64,000 nt of DNA from Lama guanicoe (taxonomy: Eukaryota): NCBI GenBank assembly GCA_013239625.1, contig MU054391.1, positions 7,473,095 to 7,537,094 of the forward strand, written 5' to 3'. Positions within the stretch are counted from its first letter, which is position 1. Every line of letters begins with the position of its first letter. Of the stretch, positions 61,994 through 64,000 are shown in pieces. The position numbers and the translations under genes were made by a program. The notes below the pieces were generated by a model, which was not told where the DNA came from, ran no database searches, and saw only the letters and a list, made by a program, of their open reading frames with translations.

Positions 61994-63499
61994 ACCGCCC
62001 CAGTTTCTTAAGTGCCTTTAGCAAACTAAATAGCATTAATCAATGAACTTGCGCATGAGTCTCAGAATAAACAACACACTGCACAAACGTGAGCATTTCC
62101 TCGCAAAACACACAATTATATTGTTGTTTACAGGCAGGTTGTGTGGAGTCTACTAGCCAGCCCTAAGTCCACAAAAGACACGTATAGGATTATACGACAT
62201 TTTAAAAAATTGCAGTGCAGTCAGTTTACGATGTTCTGTCAATTTCTGGTGTACAGCATCATGAAGGTTTTGCCACCAGAATATTGTCCACCTCCCAAAT
62301 TTGTCCCATAGGGTCCTGACTATATGGTACAAGAAAGAGAATGAGATTTGGAACTGGCTTATTCTGAGCATTTCTTCACTTCTTGACTCTCAGCCTTTAA
62401 ACAATTTATTTATTCTGTCTATCCTGTGAAGACCTCAGCAGAGAAAGAAGCTCAGTGAATGGCAAGTTCCCTCCAGTTTATTTCACAGCTTCTCTAAGGC
62501 GACGATGCCTTTGGTGATAAGATGGTTACCCCCTGGATCCTACCCCATCTCCCACATTCGTTGCAAAAGGGCAGCTGTAAGTTGAGCCCTTTTCAGCGTG
62601 AGGCACCTTGATAAGCCAGTTGAGGATGCCAGAGACAGACTACCCGGCCTGCAAAAAAAGAAAAAGCAAACCGAGAGAAACGGGCTGCAAAGAAACTGGT
62701 GGTTGACATTTCTGTGAAATTAACCCACTCGGGCACCTGCAGAAACGAACCGCTTCTCTGACACTCACTGTTGCCGAGTTTCACTGATCGACAGCTTTGC
62801 TCTGGAAATCCCAGGTGCCTGAGTGCGGGGCAGAGCTATGAAAATTCAAGCAGGGTGACATTTTCCAAGAAGAATTGGATTAGTAGAAGGGAAGATGCTG
62901 CCAAGCGGAAAACCTTTCCGGATGGAGGAGTGATAAACGGCATAAGCAACACCGTACCTTAAACATGATTTTATTCACACTGAAGTGATGGTGACCTTTG
63001 TGTTAAGGCAAACTTGGGCTCCGCAGTCAGCATGTTCCTGTGTCTAATGCTAATGTTCCTCCACCCAGCTGCAAAACCCATCTGCACCATTCTCATGCTT
63101 TTTCTCTCCTTCCTGCACTGGTTATTTTTCCAGGCACGCTTCTTAAACTGTCAGAACTTCGTATTATTTTATAACCCCGAGCCAAACCCTGGTAGCTTGA
63201 GGACTAGCCGGGAGCGACAGACACAAGTGGGAGCTGACCCCTTTTAACACACATGTGCCTGTGAGATAAAGGTGAAAAAATCCAGGACCCTGCTATTGTT
63301 GTGGAAAATGGCTTTTCCTTATCTGAGCTCAATTTGTGTCCCTGGGGTCTTTTTAGGAAGGAAGCTCTTTTTGCTGAGTCACTCTCTCAAGGATGTCCTG
63401 AGGGTGATTAACTCAGTGCATCTGAGAGGGGGCTACAAAAAAAAAAAAATCCATGAAGTTTGTGAAGGCTAGGGGCATTCTCTATGTTCTACATTCTTT

Positions 63500-63800
63500 A
63501 GAATAGTCCTATAGGGTTAGTATCATTAATCCCATTCTACAGATGGGAAAATAAGAGCTCAAAGAGTTTGACTTAGACAGGGTCACAGAGCTAGTAATTA
63601 TGAAGAATTTGTATCTAGATTTACCTACCTTCAATTCCATAATGATCATAACTGACATTTATTGTGTATTGAACTTGTCCCAAACACTCTAAGGAATTTA
63701 TATGTTTTATCTAGTTATTCCTTGTAAGTCTCTCATTATACCTATTTTAAGATGAAAGCACTGGGGCTAAGAGAGGTTTTGTTACTTTTCCCTATAAATC
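63500..63800 (-). mobile_element. Tandem MIR fragments
   Basis: cccattctacagatgggaaaataagagctcaaagag...ggtcacagagctagta; ctattttaagatgaaagcactggggctaagagagg. Confidence 0.7.
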
Positions 63801-64000
63801 ACAAGCAGAACCTTACGTGACGGAGAAAAAGTGTAAGGCAAGTGAGAGTTAAATGTTCATCTTACCCATGCATTGGGTGTTAGGGTAGCGCACGCTTCCA
63901 TCACCATGTTTGATCGTGGGGGGCTTCATAATAATGATGTAATAATGTGGATACAATCGAAGAGAAATTTTAAGCACTTTGAGATCACCAGGCAATCCCC

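Noticed and set aside
5730..62265. Minus-strand bias of younger L1s (about 9 of 12) as evidence for a + strand host gene
   Set aside because: The two-sided binomial p is about 0.15, which is not significant, and no host exons were found.
1..64000. CRISPR arrays, prokaryotic or viral gene clusters, NUMTs, snRNA/rRNA copies
   Set aside because: I saw no regularly spaced repeat-spacer array, long coding region or recognisable structural-RNA sequence by eye.

Overview
Repeat-rich mammalian non-coding DNA (intergenic or deep intronic), most likely from a camelid (alpaca, llama or camel). The host inference rests on three tRNA-Ala-derived SINEs of the vic-1 type and on cetartiodactyl-style L1 3' ends. 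I recognise no host protein-coding exon, RNA gene or CRISPR array. The ORF track is explained by chance ORFs, microsatellites, the N gap (45546-45800) and decayed L1 ORF1/ORF2 pieces. The window is a layered fossil record of MIR, L2, old L1M, hAT/Tigger DNA transposons, ERVL/MaLR LTRs and younger L1, SINE and ERV LTR insertions. The most notable structures are: (1) a MaLR provirus at about 42.2-47.4 kb carrying five nested insertions; (2) two 5'-inverted (twin-primed) L1s with TSDs; (3) a second MaLR that keeps its internal region; (4) an exact 40-bp templated copy followed by a snap-back hairpin; (5) a probable mini-retrocopy of an mRNA 3' end; (6) candidate regulatory elements (a CTCF site, a nuclear-receptor half-site cluster and an NF-kB/STAT/IRF-like cluster). 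I cannot support a new multi-gene biological system from this sequence. Repeat subfamily names and most repeat boundaries were called by eye from remembered consensus sequences and are approximate.
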